A DNA stretch of 62,758 nucleotides, filler included, from Stramenopiles sp. TOSAG23-6 (lineage: Eukaryota), in the NCBI GenBank assembly GCA_900128565.1. It is 46 parts of 46 records of this genome, joined end to end, with 100 filler letters (N's around TTAATTAATTAA, not from the genome) between each part and the next. Parts side by side here need not be neighbours in the genome. Positions count along the whole stretch, not along the records: positions 51,964 to 53,226 come from LT639379.1; positions 53,327 to 54,588 come from LT639380.1; positions 54,689 to 55,950 come from LT639381.1; positions 56,051 to 57,312 come from LT639382.1; positions 57,413 to 58,674 come from LT639383.1; positions 58,775 to 60,036 come from LT639384.1; positions 60,137 to 61,397 come from LT639385.1; positions 61,498 to 62,758 come from LT639386.1; 38 more parts are not named here. One strand, 5' to 3'. This document shows, one piece after another, positions 52,100 to 62,758 of this stretch. The notes under the pieces are model-generated. The model worked only from the letters and a program-made list of their open reading frames with translations. It was not told where the DNA came from and did not search any database. How positions within the stretch are numbered: position 1 is the stretch's first letter; the number at the start of each line of letters is the position of its first letter. Both the position numbers and the translations under genes were made by a program.

Positions 52100-52901
52100 A
52101 ATCCTCAAAACTATGCAATTTTGAGTGAAACAGAGATTCCTTATTTTTGCATAGATACAGATGAGTGTAATACCTATGATATGAGAGCATCTGGACCTGT
52201 TTTTAAATCAAAAATAATTGATGTCGATATTTCAAATCACGAAAAAAAAGAAAAAAAAGAAAAGAAGTTCTTAAGTACAAAAAATGGTTTTTTTAAAATC
52301 GATTTTTTTTTTTCATACGAAATTTTGTACCTAAGGATATTTTTTTTTTTGAAATATTTTTCCAAAATACATAATCCAACAGACAGAGATACAATCAGTC
52401 TAAGTACGATATTTCCTATAAAAGACAAAATATTTACAACAACAACAACAAAAATAAAAAATGATAGTAAAATGAATACAATTTTTGATACTGCTAAAGA
52501 CAATTATGAATATAATAATACTGATCATAATGCATGTAATGCGTTGTACAAGGCTTGGTGTAAAATTTCGGAACTTACCAAAAATACAAAAATTAACCCT
52601 AACCCTAACCCTAAAGCAAAAAGTACAAACAAAAATCGACTTTTGTTGTCTTCTGTTTTAGAAGTTGGTGATGTCATTGTTATCAACAATCAACGTGTTT
52701 TACATGTTTGTTCCATTCATTTCAAAAAAAAAAAAATGTAATTTTTTTTTCCGAATTTATTAATTTAATTTAATTTTTTTTTTCATATATTGTTATTCAT
52801 TGTATGGACGAAATTCTTTTTCACCTCTAGCAAAGAGAAATCTGATTGGATGTTATATAGAGCGGGATGTTTGGACTTCAAAACGCAGAAGTATTCAGTA
52901 G
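52100..52901 (+). CDS. TauD/gamma-butyrobetaine hydroxylase-like Fe(II)/2OG dioxygenase, C-terminal exons
   Basis: NPTDR...LEVGDVIVINNQRVLH|GRNSF...RNLIGCYIERD; donor of the intron ending at 52372 not resolved. Confidence 0.8.
52706..52805 (+). other. GT-AT intron splitting the VLH|GR motif
   Basis: cAT|GTTTGT...TTCATTGTAT|gga; 100 nt with no AG dinucleotide. Confidence 0.9.
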
Positions 52902-52913
52902 AATTTGATTTAA

Positions 52914-52957
<44 letters not shown>

Positions 52958-53326
52958 ACAATATAGTTTATAGAGTCAGTTTTATCTACTTATAAAGGAA
53001 ATGAAGTGATTCTTATAAAACAATTAAAATCGCTATATGGGCCAGCTCCTCATGATTGTTACTTAGCAGCAATAAAAGATAAAAGTATGACCTATGGTTT
53101 TCAATCTCCAGCGTCATCTAGAGCCAAGGCGAGAAACAAGAATTTTAACATGTACGTGGACATTTTTCATCATGAATTTCAAATTTTTTTTTTTTTTTTT
53201 TTAAAAAATTTTCATAGAAAAAAAAANNNNNNNNNNNNNNNNNNNNNNNNNNNNNNNNNNNNNNNNNNNNTTAATTAATTAANNNNNNNNNNNNNNNNNN
53301 NNNNNNNNNNNNNNNNNNNNNNNNNN

Positions 53327-54442
53327 ATTACAAAATGAACATCAACAGCATTTGAAGCAGCAATTACAACAAACAACAAATACATTACAAAATGAGCATC
53401 AACAGCATTTGAAGCAGCAATTACAACAAACAAAAGATACATTACAAAAAACATTTCAATCAAAACAAAAAGAGCTTGAAAAACATTATTGTCAGGAATT
53501 AAAAGAGAAATTAAAAGAGCAAAAAAGTGTTGTACAATCGACAACTTCCAAGCAGTTAGACGAACAGAAGAAAATATTTGAACATCAAATGACAACAATG
53601 ACAAGAAATCTAAATGAAATCAAAACAAAACACAAAATTATTCTTGACGATATGAAACATCAAAATAATTCAAAACATGCAAATCATGTATGTTTTATTT
53701 TTTTTTTCGGTAAAAAAAAAATCGATTTTTTTTTTATAGTACATTTCGTACCTAACAATTTGTTTTAGATTTTTTGAAATATTTTTTTAAAATACATGTC
53801 TTGAAAGTATCAAAATTAAAAGACAAACATGTAGAAATATTAGATAAAACCAATCAAAAACATAAAAATAAAATTTCTTTATTATTTGAGATCAGAAAGA
53901 AGCATGATGAACTTCGTGATGATTTAAATAAATCTTTACAAGATAAATATATTCAGCAAAAATCAATGTTTCGTGTTTTGCACTCTATAAGAAAATCTAT
54001 ACAACAAAAACAAAAACAAAAAAATATAAAAAATACAACAAATATAAAAAATACAAAAAATACAAAAAATACAACAAATACAAAAAATACAACAAATTCA
54101 AAAAATACAACAAATACAACAAATACAACAAATACAACAAATACAAAACCTTTTGATTTGAAACAGCAAAACAATTCGAATTCATCGATTCAATCAATAC
54201 CATTCAACAATCAAAGTAAACAATACAAAAATTCATCAATCCGAGAAAATGAATTGAAAATTATTGCGTTATTTAAAAAACACACAAAATTTGTTACACT
54301 TTCAAAGGATCAAAATCAACAAAATCAACAAAATCAACAGATGCTGCAAAGGCAACAAAGTCAACATTCACCAAAACTTCTTGAAAGTACAAAATCTAGA
54401 TTGCGCCAACTCGCTCGACAAACAAAACTTCGAAAAACTTAA
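53327..54442 (+). CDS. Coiled-coil protein 3' part; GT-AT intron 53688-53797
   Basis: cAT|GTATGT...TAAAATACAT|gtc (110 nt) joins two long ORFs. Confidence 0.7.
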
Positions 54443-54588
54443 AATTTAAAAAATTTAAAAAATTTAAAAAATTTAAAAAATTTAAAAAATTTAAAAAATT
54501 TAAAAAATTTAAAAAATTTAAAAAATTTAAAAAATTTAAAAAATTTAAAAAATTTAAAAAATTTAAAAAATTTAAAAAATTTAAAAAA
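54443..54588. repeat. 9-bp microsatellite (AAAAATTTA)n
   Basis: About 16 copies seen directly. Confidence 0.95.
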
Positions 54589-54688
54589 NNNNNNNNNNNN
54601 NNNNNNNNNNNNNNNNNNNNNNNNNNNNNNNNTTAATTAATTAANNNNNNNNNNNNNNNNNNNNNNNNNNNNNNNNNNNNNNNNNNNN

Positions 54689-55950
54689 TTTTTTATTTTT
54701 TTTTTTTTTTTTTTGGTTTTTTTTTTTTTTTTTTTGCTACGAAATTTCGTACCTAACGATTTTTTTTTTTCACTAAAAAAAATTCGTGTTTTTTTTTTCA
54801 CAATACATGAAGTCTCATCCGTCGAAGATGAACTGCTCCGTATTGTAAATGGCGAAAATGAAACAGTCTCGGAAACATTAGTAGAGTGTGAAGATTATAT
54901 GGAAGACTGGGATGACGTCACTGAAGTTCAACAAGATGAAGCGGTGTTATTAGGTAGCAAACGAATGTTGCAACAAAATGGACAAAATGGACAAACAGGT
55001 CTAGGGTTAGGGTTTGGTTCAAATAGTGTGTCTGGATTAGTATCTGGTACAATTACACCAGGAGGACTCGTATCTGGTACCATTACACCAGCGCTTGATA
55101 TGAATGATATGGAAGGTTTAAAATTAGGTCTTGCTGTAGGTTTATTTTATTACTTTTATTTTGCTATGTTTTTCAAAAAAAATGTACCAAAAAAAAAAAA
55201 AAATTTCAAAAGTTTTTTTTTTTTTTTTTTAGTTCCTTAGGTACAAAATTTCGTACTAAAAAAAAAAAAAAAAAAAAAAAAATTTTTCTTTAGGAAAAAA
55301 ATTTACTAAAAAAAAAAAATTTTTTTTTTTTAGTAAATTTTTTTCCTAAAGAAAAATTTTTTTTTTTTTTTTTTTTTTTTTAGTACGAAATTTTGTACCT
55401 AAGGAACTAAAAAAAAAAAAAAAAAACTTTTGAAATTTTTTTTTTTTTTTGGTACATTTTTTTTGAAAAACATAGCAAAATAAAAGTAATAAAATAAACC
55501 TACAGCAAGACCTAATTTTAAACCTTCCATATCATTCATATCAAGCGCTGGTGTAATGGTACCAGATACGAGTCCTCCTGGTGTAATTGTACCAGATACT
55601 AATCCAGACACACTATTTGAACCAAACCCTAACCCTAGACCTGTTTGTCCATTTTGTCCATTTTGTTGCAACATTCGTTTGCTACCTAATAACACCGCTT
55701 CATCTTGTTGAACTTCAGTGACGTCATCCCAGTCTTCCATATAATCTTCACACTCTACTAATGTTTCCGAGACTGTTTCATTTTCGCCATTTACAATACG
55801 GAGCAGTTCATCTTCGACGGATGAGACTTCATGTATTGTGAAAAAAAAAACACGAATTTTTTTTAGTGAAAAAAAAAAATCGTTAGGTACGAAATTTCGT
55901 AGCAAAAAAAAAAAAAAAAAAACCAAAAAAAAAAAAAAAAAAATAAAAAA
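54689..55950. repeat. Fully palindromic contig (centre 55319/55320) containing one exon 54809-55135 and its mirror
   Basis: The second half is the reverse complement of the first; same ORF on both strands. Confidence 0.95.
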
Positions 55951-56097
55951 NNNNNNNNNNNNNNNNNNNNNNNNNNNNNNNNNNNNNNNNNNNNTTAATT
56001 AATTAANNNNNNNNNNNNNNNNNNNNNNNNNNNNNNNNNNNNNNNNNNNNTAACAAATTTAAGTTTTTTTTTTTTGAAATATTTTTCCAAAATACAT

Positions 56098-56803
56098 GTA
56101 GACCAAGACGTTGTTCATGTCATCGAAGGTAAAACGGATCCGGTTCGTGATGCTTCTATCATCAACTCTGAATTGATTCTTTCTGACCTTTCTCAAATAG
56201 AAAAAAGGAAAGCAAAATCAAAGCGTCAAAAAGCAGGACCATGTGAGTTGGCAGCTTTAGATAAAATCCAGGCGTCTCTCGAAGACGGTATACCTGTGCG
56301 TTCTGTTGTTTCTAAATTATCAATAGAAGAATTGAAATCTATAGAACATTTAGGTTTACTCACCCAAAAACAAATGATTTATGCCGCAATTCGTGATCCA
56401 ATTGGTGAAGATGATGAGGCAGATATTGCAGCTGCAGAAAATATTAAATCATTAACAGAACTTGCAGAAAATGAAAATGCTGGGCTTGTTGAAGTTTGTG
56501 CACAATTAGAATCTGAAATTATTGATATGACTGAAGATGAACGTAATGAGTTTTTATGCTCTGCGGGATATTCAAGTATTGTCAACCATGCAGCGCAATA
56601 TCAGCTGATGGAATCTACGAAGGAATAGAGTAGAAACAATAAGCTATGATGATTGTGTTGGTAAATGTGGACCTGGGAACAGTGTTTGGGAATCAGGTGG
56701 GGATACTTTAGCTGCCGCGAAAGAATTAGGTTTAATGAGAAGTGAAGGCCGTGATTATATTGTCAAATGTGGTGATGTCATGTTATTCCGATTTAATGTA
56801 TAA
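56098..56803 (+). CDS. Obg-like ATPase OLA1/YchF 3' part, with an internal deletion/frameshift at ~56626
   Basis: [37 protein letters not shown], and C-terminal [22 protein letters not shown]. Confidence 0.85.
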
Positions 56804-56808
56804 TTTTA

Positions 56809-57257
56809 TTACATTTTTACAATCAATTTGCGTAACTCCAGAAGAGCAATATCACCACCCTCATCATGATCAACAAGTCCAAAAAGAATATCAACTTCAA
56901 CGTCACTTAGATGTACATTGGCAAACTTAAAACCTTCTCTAAATTCTCTTTTAGAAACTAAATTACTTCGTTTTTTGTGCATGAAATTTAACAATTGTCC
57001 TAAAGTTATACGACTTTTTTTAAGCTGTTTCATGACATTTCTCATTATAGTCTTTCCCGGATTCAATTCTCGTTGTTTTTGACGTTGTTTTTGTAATCTA
57101 TTTTCTTCTTCTTCAGCTGCGATAGTAGCGGCAGATTCCTCATCTTCTACAATTTGAAGTAAAACTTCTTTCCATTTCCTAAAAGTAATTCGATATTTTC
57201 TTCTCCTTAGGCAATTAAAGGCAACACGGAGAATCTCTCCAGCTAATTCAGCATCAT
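56809..57257 (-). CDS. EF-hand-like protein, terminal exon
   Basis: VSKREFREG...LFGLVDHDEGGDIALLEL; acceptor CCAAAATACAT at 57258; stop lies a few bp from the convergent OLA1 stop. Confidence 0.65.
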
Positions 57258-57412
57258 ATGTATTTTGGAAAAATATTTCAAATTATTTTTTGTTAGGTAC
57301 AAAATTTCGTACNNNNNNNNNNNNNNNNNNNNNNNNNNNNNNNNNNNNNNNNNNNNTTAATTAATTAANNNNNNNNNNNNNNNNNNNNNNNNNNNNNNNN
57401 NNNNNNNNNNNN

Positions 57413-58674
57413 ACAGATTATTGCAAGTATTTTTGTTTTTATTCAAAAGATGAATGATGTTTGCTTTCACATGATAAAAAAATTTATTTATTTCAAATAC
57501 TATTGACATATTATACATATTATTCTGTGTACGTTGGTTTTTATTCAAAAGATTAATGATGTTTGATTTTACATGATAAAAGTTTTTATTTATTAAAAAT
57601 ACTATTGACATATTGTACAGATTATTCTTGGTAGTTTTGTTTTTATTCAAAAAATGAATGATGTTTGCTTTTACATGATAAAAATATATATTTATTTTGT
57701 AAACTATTTACATATTGAACATATTATTGATGGTATTTTTGTTTTTATTCAAATGATGTTTTGTTTTACATGATAAAAATATTTATTTATTTGAAATACT
57801 ATTGATATACTGAACATATTATTGATGGTATTTTTGTTTTTATGCAATCAATGAATGACGTTTTCTTTTACGTGATGAAAATGTATATTTATTTTAAATA
57901 CTACTGACATATTGTATAGATTCTTCTGCTTATTTTTGTGTTTCTTCAAACAATGAATGATGTTTGCTTTTACATGATAAAAATATTTATTTATTTCAAA
58001 TACTACTGACATATTGTACAGATTATTGTTGGTATTTTTGTTTTTATTGAAACAATGAATGATGTTTGCTTTTACATGATAAAAATATTTATTTATTTCA
58101 AATAGTGGTATTTTTGTTTTTATTCAAAAGATGAATTTTGTTTGCTTTTTAGATGATAAAAATGTTTATTTATTTCAAAAAGTATTGACATATTGTAGAG
58201 ATTATTGGTGGTATTTTTGTTTTTATTCAAAAGATGAATGATGTTTACTTTTAGATGATAACAATATTTATTTATTTCAAATACGATTGACATATTATAC
58301 ATATTATTTTCAGTATTTTTGTTTTTATTCAAAAGATGAATGATGTTTGCTTTTATATGATAACAATATTTATTTATTTCAAATACGATTGACATATTGT
58401 ACAGATTATTGGGAGTATTTTTGTTTTTGTTCAAAAGATGAATGATGTTTGCTATAATATGAAAAAAATTGTTTATTTATTTCAAATACTATTGACATAT
58501 TGTACAGATTATTGGCTGTATTTTTTGTTTTTATTCAAAAGATGAATGATGTTTGCTATAATATGATAAACATGTTTATTTATTCCAAATACTATTGACA
58601 TATTGTACAGATTATTGAAAGTATTTTTGTTTTTATTCAAAAGATGAATGATGTTTACTTTTTAATGATAATTT
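57413..58674. repeat. Diverged AT-rich tandem array, ~102-bp unit, ~12 copies
   Basis: ATTCAAAA anchor at 57441, 57543, 57645...; some units carry indels. Confidence 0.9.
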
Positions 58675-58774
58675 NNNNNNNNNNNNNNNNNNNNNNNNNN
58701 NNNNNNNNNNNNNNNNNNTTAATTAATTAANNNNNNNNNNNNNNNNNNNNNNNNNNNNNNNNNNNNNNNNNNNN

Positions 58775-60036
58775 AAGAAGGTGAAAATAAATCAAAGGAT
58801 TCTGGGTCTGAAAATGAAGAAGGTGAAAACAAATCAAACGATTCTGGGTCTGAAAATGAAGAAGGTGAAAACAAATCAAAGGATATGGATAGTGAAGAAG
58901 ATGAAAATAAATCACAGGACTCCGATGTGGATAGTGAAGAAAATGAAAATAAATCAAAAGATTCTGACACGGAAAATGAAATCACGGAAGTTTTGATGAC
59001 ATATTCAAATGATCCAAATGATTCAAATCTCGAAAATCTCCCAATTGCACAGACTCAAGAAGAAGCCCTACAAGCACAAGCAGCACAATCAAGGGAAATA
59101 GATGAATATTCGGATAAAGATTCAACGTCTTTTGCTGACGACGACGACACAGATTGGAACTTCAGTGAAGAAGATACGACTAATACTTGGTCATGTAAGA
59201 CTTGCTCTTTTGCAAACGTGACAACTGCTTCAAAATGTGAAATGTGCGGAGCTTTAAAATATAATAATGGCGTGGTTGTTGGAAACGAAAATGATGATGG
59301 AAGTTATTACACAGATACGGACGACGCAGAAGACAATGGAGAAAATACTGGAGATCCAACCGAAATTATGAATTTGTTACTGAAGATTTTTCCACTTTGT
59401 CAGGAAGAAAGCGATAGTAATTCAAAAGTTCTTTCTAAAGCATTGAATGAGCAGGGAAGCATACTATTTCGATCAGGCAAATTAAGATGCGGTGATTCTT
59501 TGGGAAATTCGATATTAATGGTTGCTGCGGGCACAGGGAAACATGTCGTACAATTAGTTATTGATTCAGTTTTAAAATATGGTGGTCGCAATGTCTCTGA
59601 TATTGCAAGATTCACTAACTGTGTTGGACAAAATGCAATTCATTATGCAATAGCGAGTAAACCAGTGGATTTTGGTCTCCTTGGAATGTTGCATGGTATA
59701 GGCGTACCTATTAATGCTATAGATAATTATGGTGATACACCTATACATTTGGCTGTAAAAAAGGGGAATGCATTGATAACTGCACAACTTCTTCAACTTG
59801 GAGGCGATCCTACAATAAGGGACATTTATGATAATAATGCGTACACTATTGCTGAAAAAGTAGAGGCTTGGGAACTCTTACCAATGTTAGCTGGTCAAGG
59901 AGAAGAAGTACATCGAATCCTTGATCAAGAGATGATAAAATTTCCTGCAAAAACCACAAATATTGCATCTGCTGCCGACGATATAAAGGGAAGGAAAGAA
60001 GCTGGAATTCTAAAGAAGAAACTAATGAAAAAAGCA
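58775..60036 (+). CDS. Protein with acidic 14-aa repeats, a RanBP2-type zinc finger and ankyrin repeats
   Basis: WSCKTCSFANVTTASKCEMCG; GQNAIHYA; GDTPIHLAVKKGN. Confidence 0.88.
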
Positions 60037-60231
60037 NNNNNNNNNNNNNNNNNNNNNNNNNNNNNNNNNNNNNNNNNNNNTTAATTAATTAANNNNNNNN
60101 NNNNNNNNNNNNNNNNNNNNNNNNNNNNNNNNNNNNAATTTAATTTTTTTTTGTTTGTTTTTTTTTCGTAAAAAAATTCCGTACCTAACAATTTTTTTTT
60201 TTTTTTTTGAAATATTTCTTCACAAATTCAT

Positions 60232-61252
60232 ACAGTACGAGTTTTACAACATCTCTTGGAGGAGAAAGCTTTTCCTGATTATCCAAATACTTCAGCGAAA
60301 TGGATCAAAAGTATAAGTTGTATTTCGTCTCCGTTAAATGGTAGCACAGTTCCTGATATGATTGGATTACGACAAAACGGAACTGTTCGATTATGTATGT
60401 TTTTCATTATTTTTTTTTGAATTTCGAATTTATTTTTTTTGAATTTCGAATTTTTTTTTTTTTTTTTTTCGTACGAAATTTTGTACCTAATAACAAAAAT
60501 AACAAAAATAACAAAAATTGTGTACTATTTTTTCACAATACATATTCTGTTTTACACTTTATTGCTTTTTTTTTATACTTTCTTTTATATTTCTTCCCTC
60601 GGTTGCAAACCTTCTTTGGGTATCCGTTACGTCTTCAACAGTGGCATAAAGAAATACAAAATAGAGGATTTTTTGGTGTTATGAAAGCATTGTTTCTTGG
60701 TGATAACCCAATTATTCTCGATTGGGCTTTTAAAAGTCTAAGTCTTAGTGGCGTTCGTACATTGAATCTAAAACCAACATATGATTGTACGTATTATTTT
60801 AGTTACGTTACAAGTCAAACTAGAAAAAGTCCTATTACTGGAATTCATGTACGTTTTATTTTTTTTGAATATTTTTTTTAAATATTTTTTTTAAATATTT
60901 TTTTGAATATTTTTTTTGAATATTTTTTTTTTCTTTTCATAATACATGTAGTACGTTGTTTGTATTCATTCCAAGATTTTTGAAATATTTTTTAAAATAT
61001 TTTTTTTTGTAGTAGTAGGATATTTTGTACCTAACCAAAAAACCAAAAAAAAACATTTTTTTTTTTTTTTTCACAATATAGCAATGGCCTACTCCTCACA
61101 TGCATCCTACAATGATTGGATTTTCAGCATGTGTTGGATGTTTTCACTATATGAAATCTCCATATCCAGGATTTAAGAATAGAGATTGGTGGTCAAATGA
61201 TGGACCTGTATCCGTCTATTCTCAACCATATCCACGTATTCCGTATCAACAT
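60232..61252 (+). CDS. Alpha/beta-hydrolase lipase-like protein; exons 60232-60394, 60544-60848, 61082-61252
   Basis: TVRVLQHLL...WIKSISCISSPLNGST and WWSNDGPVSVYSQ; introns 60395-60543 (GT-AT) and 60849-61081 (GT-AG). Confidence 0.8.
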
Positions 61253-61296
61253 GTACGTTTTTTTTTTCATACGAAATTTTGTACCTAACAAAAATT

Positions 61297-61330
<34 letters not shown>

Positions 61331-61357
61331 CTAAGAAAATTTTTTCCCAAAAAAAAA

Positions 61358-61391
<34 letters not shown>

Positions 61392-62758
61392 GGTAGANNN
61401 NNNNNNNNNNNNNNNNNNNNNNNNNNNNNNNNNNNNNNNNNTTAATTAATTAANNNNNNNNNNNNNNNNNNNNNNNNNNNNNNNNNNNNNNNNNNNNTTC
61501 AATTTTGTTATTATGAAAGATATAACTACTATTTTAGGATACGTTCGAAAAGTAACCGTCCGATATAGAATTAAAGGTTTTGGGTTGTTACCTGGTACCT
61601 GGACGAAGCTTCAAAATACGAGGTCAACCACGAATCACAAAAAGAGTTTTCTACAATATATGATAAGTGATACTGTGCGCGACAAGTTGCTAAAGAGTTC
61701 AGTAGATTTCTCGGGAATAAGTTTTGAATTGTTCAATTTGAGATAAACATCAAGGAAGAGCTTATCCTATATATCTAGTGACAAGGAGAATGGACCTGCA
61801 TCTGATGCTGTCTCCTCCTCTCTTTCAAAAAATGTGGATAGTTCAATTTCACTGGTAAATTGTGGTTGTTCTCTCATATGTAATACAACGTGTGATCATT
61901 CGCTTGCTCGAGAAGCTTTTCAAGACGCTTTTCAAGACAATCAAGCAAAAAATGCAACTGTTGAACAATAGAATTCGACTTTATTGTCTGATGCGCAAAA
62001 GAATACACACTTATTGTCTCAAACTATATTTACTGAATCATTCGAAGCGCAAATGTCTAAAACAAAATTATTAGTTGAAAGGAATATTATCTTTTAAAAA
62101 CAAATGTCAAAACACTATTATTAGCTGAGAAACAAAAGAATACATCTTTGTCTTCAAAAAAGAGGAAAACATCAATATCAGAGTGTACTCCTTTGTCAAC
62201 AAAGCCTATTGATTCGTATTTCACAAAGTCAACTCCTTTGGATAATAGTAAGAATGTATTGGAAGACGTAAAACAAAATAGAGAATCTGCAGTGAGTCGA
62301 TCGATCTTTAGGAGACAGGGAACTCGGATTTTATTGATTGATTTGTAAATTTCTCATTATTAACATTTACTTATTCAAGATTCTTTTATTTCAATTTTAA
62401 ATTTAAATCTTGTATACATTGTACAAATGAATGAGCTCTAATAGTAAGAATATATTGGAAGACGTAAAACAAAATAGAGAATCTGGGGAAGATATTGAAA
62501 CAGAAACTGAATAAGAATCTGATGGTAGTGTTGGTGATGAAACTGAAAAAGATGATGGTGGCGAAAATGATGTTGAGGATGATTTATGAGAAGATAATTA
62601 TTTGATATGACGAAATAGTTTTTTGAATGTTTCATATTTTGTAAAAAGAGTGATCTATATATATATATATATATATTGTTGAAACATATTTAATATAAAT
62701 AAATGAATTCACTTTTAAATAAACAGTACAAAATTTAAAAAAAAAAATAAAAAAATTT

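Noticed and set aside
54689-55950. Giant palindrome as a hairpin telomere or foldback element
   Set aside because: A perfect whole-contig mirror centred in an intronic A/T run is typical of amplification or assembly fold-back.
61498-62758. Fragmented ORFs in the last contig
   Set aside because: Short, frame-broken and without recognisable motifs.
1-62758. Alternative genetic code, or gene-neighbourhood inference across contigs
   Set aside because: TAA, TAG and TGA all terminate recognisable genes once introns are removed; neighbours across spacers are not physically linked.

Overview
This is not a contiguous locus. It is 46 short contigs (about 1272 down to 1261 bp, sorted by length) from an AT-rich microbial eukaryote, joined by an artificial 100-bp spacer (N44-TTAATTAATTAA-N44). 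One contig is present 3 times and another 11 times; two carry fold-back artefacts. The contigs hold fragments of ordinary eukaryotic genes in the standard code: PPR, IQ-motif, Nup62/Nsp1, Rab-like, DNA2, PH, MFS, Dpy-30 motif, Sel1, glyoxalase II, DUF4116, CPS/CAD, EMC6, TIM21, UTP20, DPH6, TauD/BBOX, OLA1/YchF, ankyrin and a lipase. The main discovery is a pervasive family of roughly 90-270 nt introns, always in the sense orientation of the host gene, that mostly lack an AG acceptor. Approximate consensus: exon-AT|GTATGTTTT...(T)n-CGTACGAAATTTYGTACCTAAC-(T)n-GAAATATTTTTCCAAAATACAT|exon. Of 23 family introns where I could read both ends, 18 end in AT, 3 in AG, 1 in CT and 1 in GT. All 23 upstream exons end in T (20 in AT). 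Removing them restores conserved protein motifs in frame. Short terminal inverted repeats and an AT duplication suggest a transposon-derived (introner-like) class of GT-AT introns and a spliceosome with relaxed 3' splice-site specificity. Splice sites are inferred from DNA only and need RNA confirmation.
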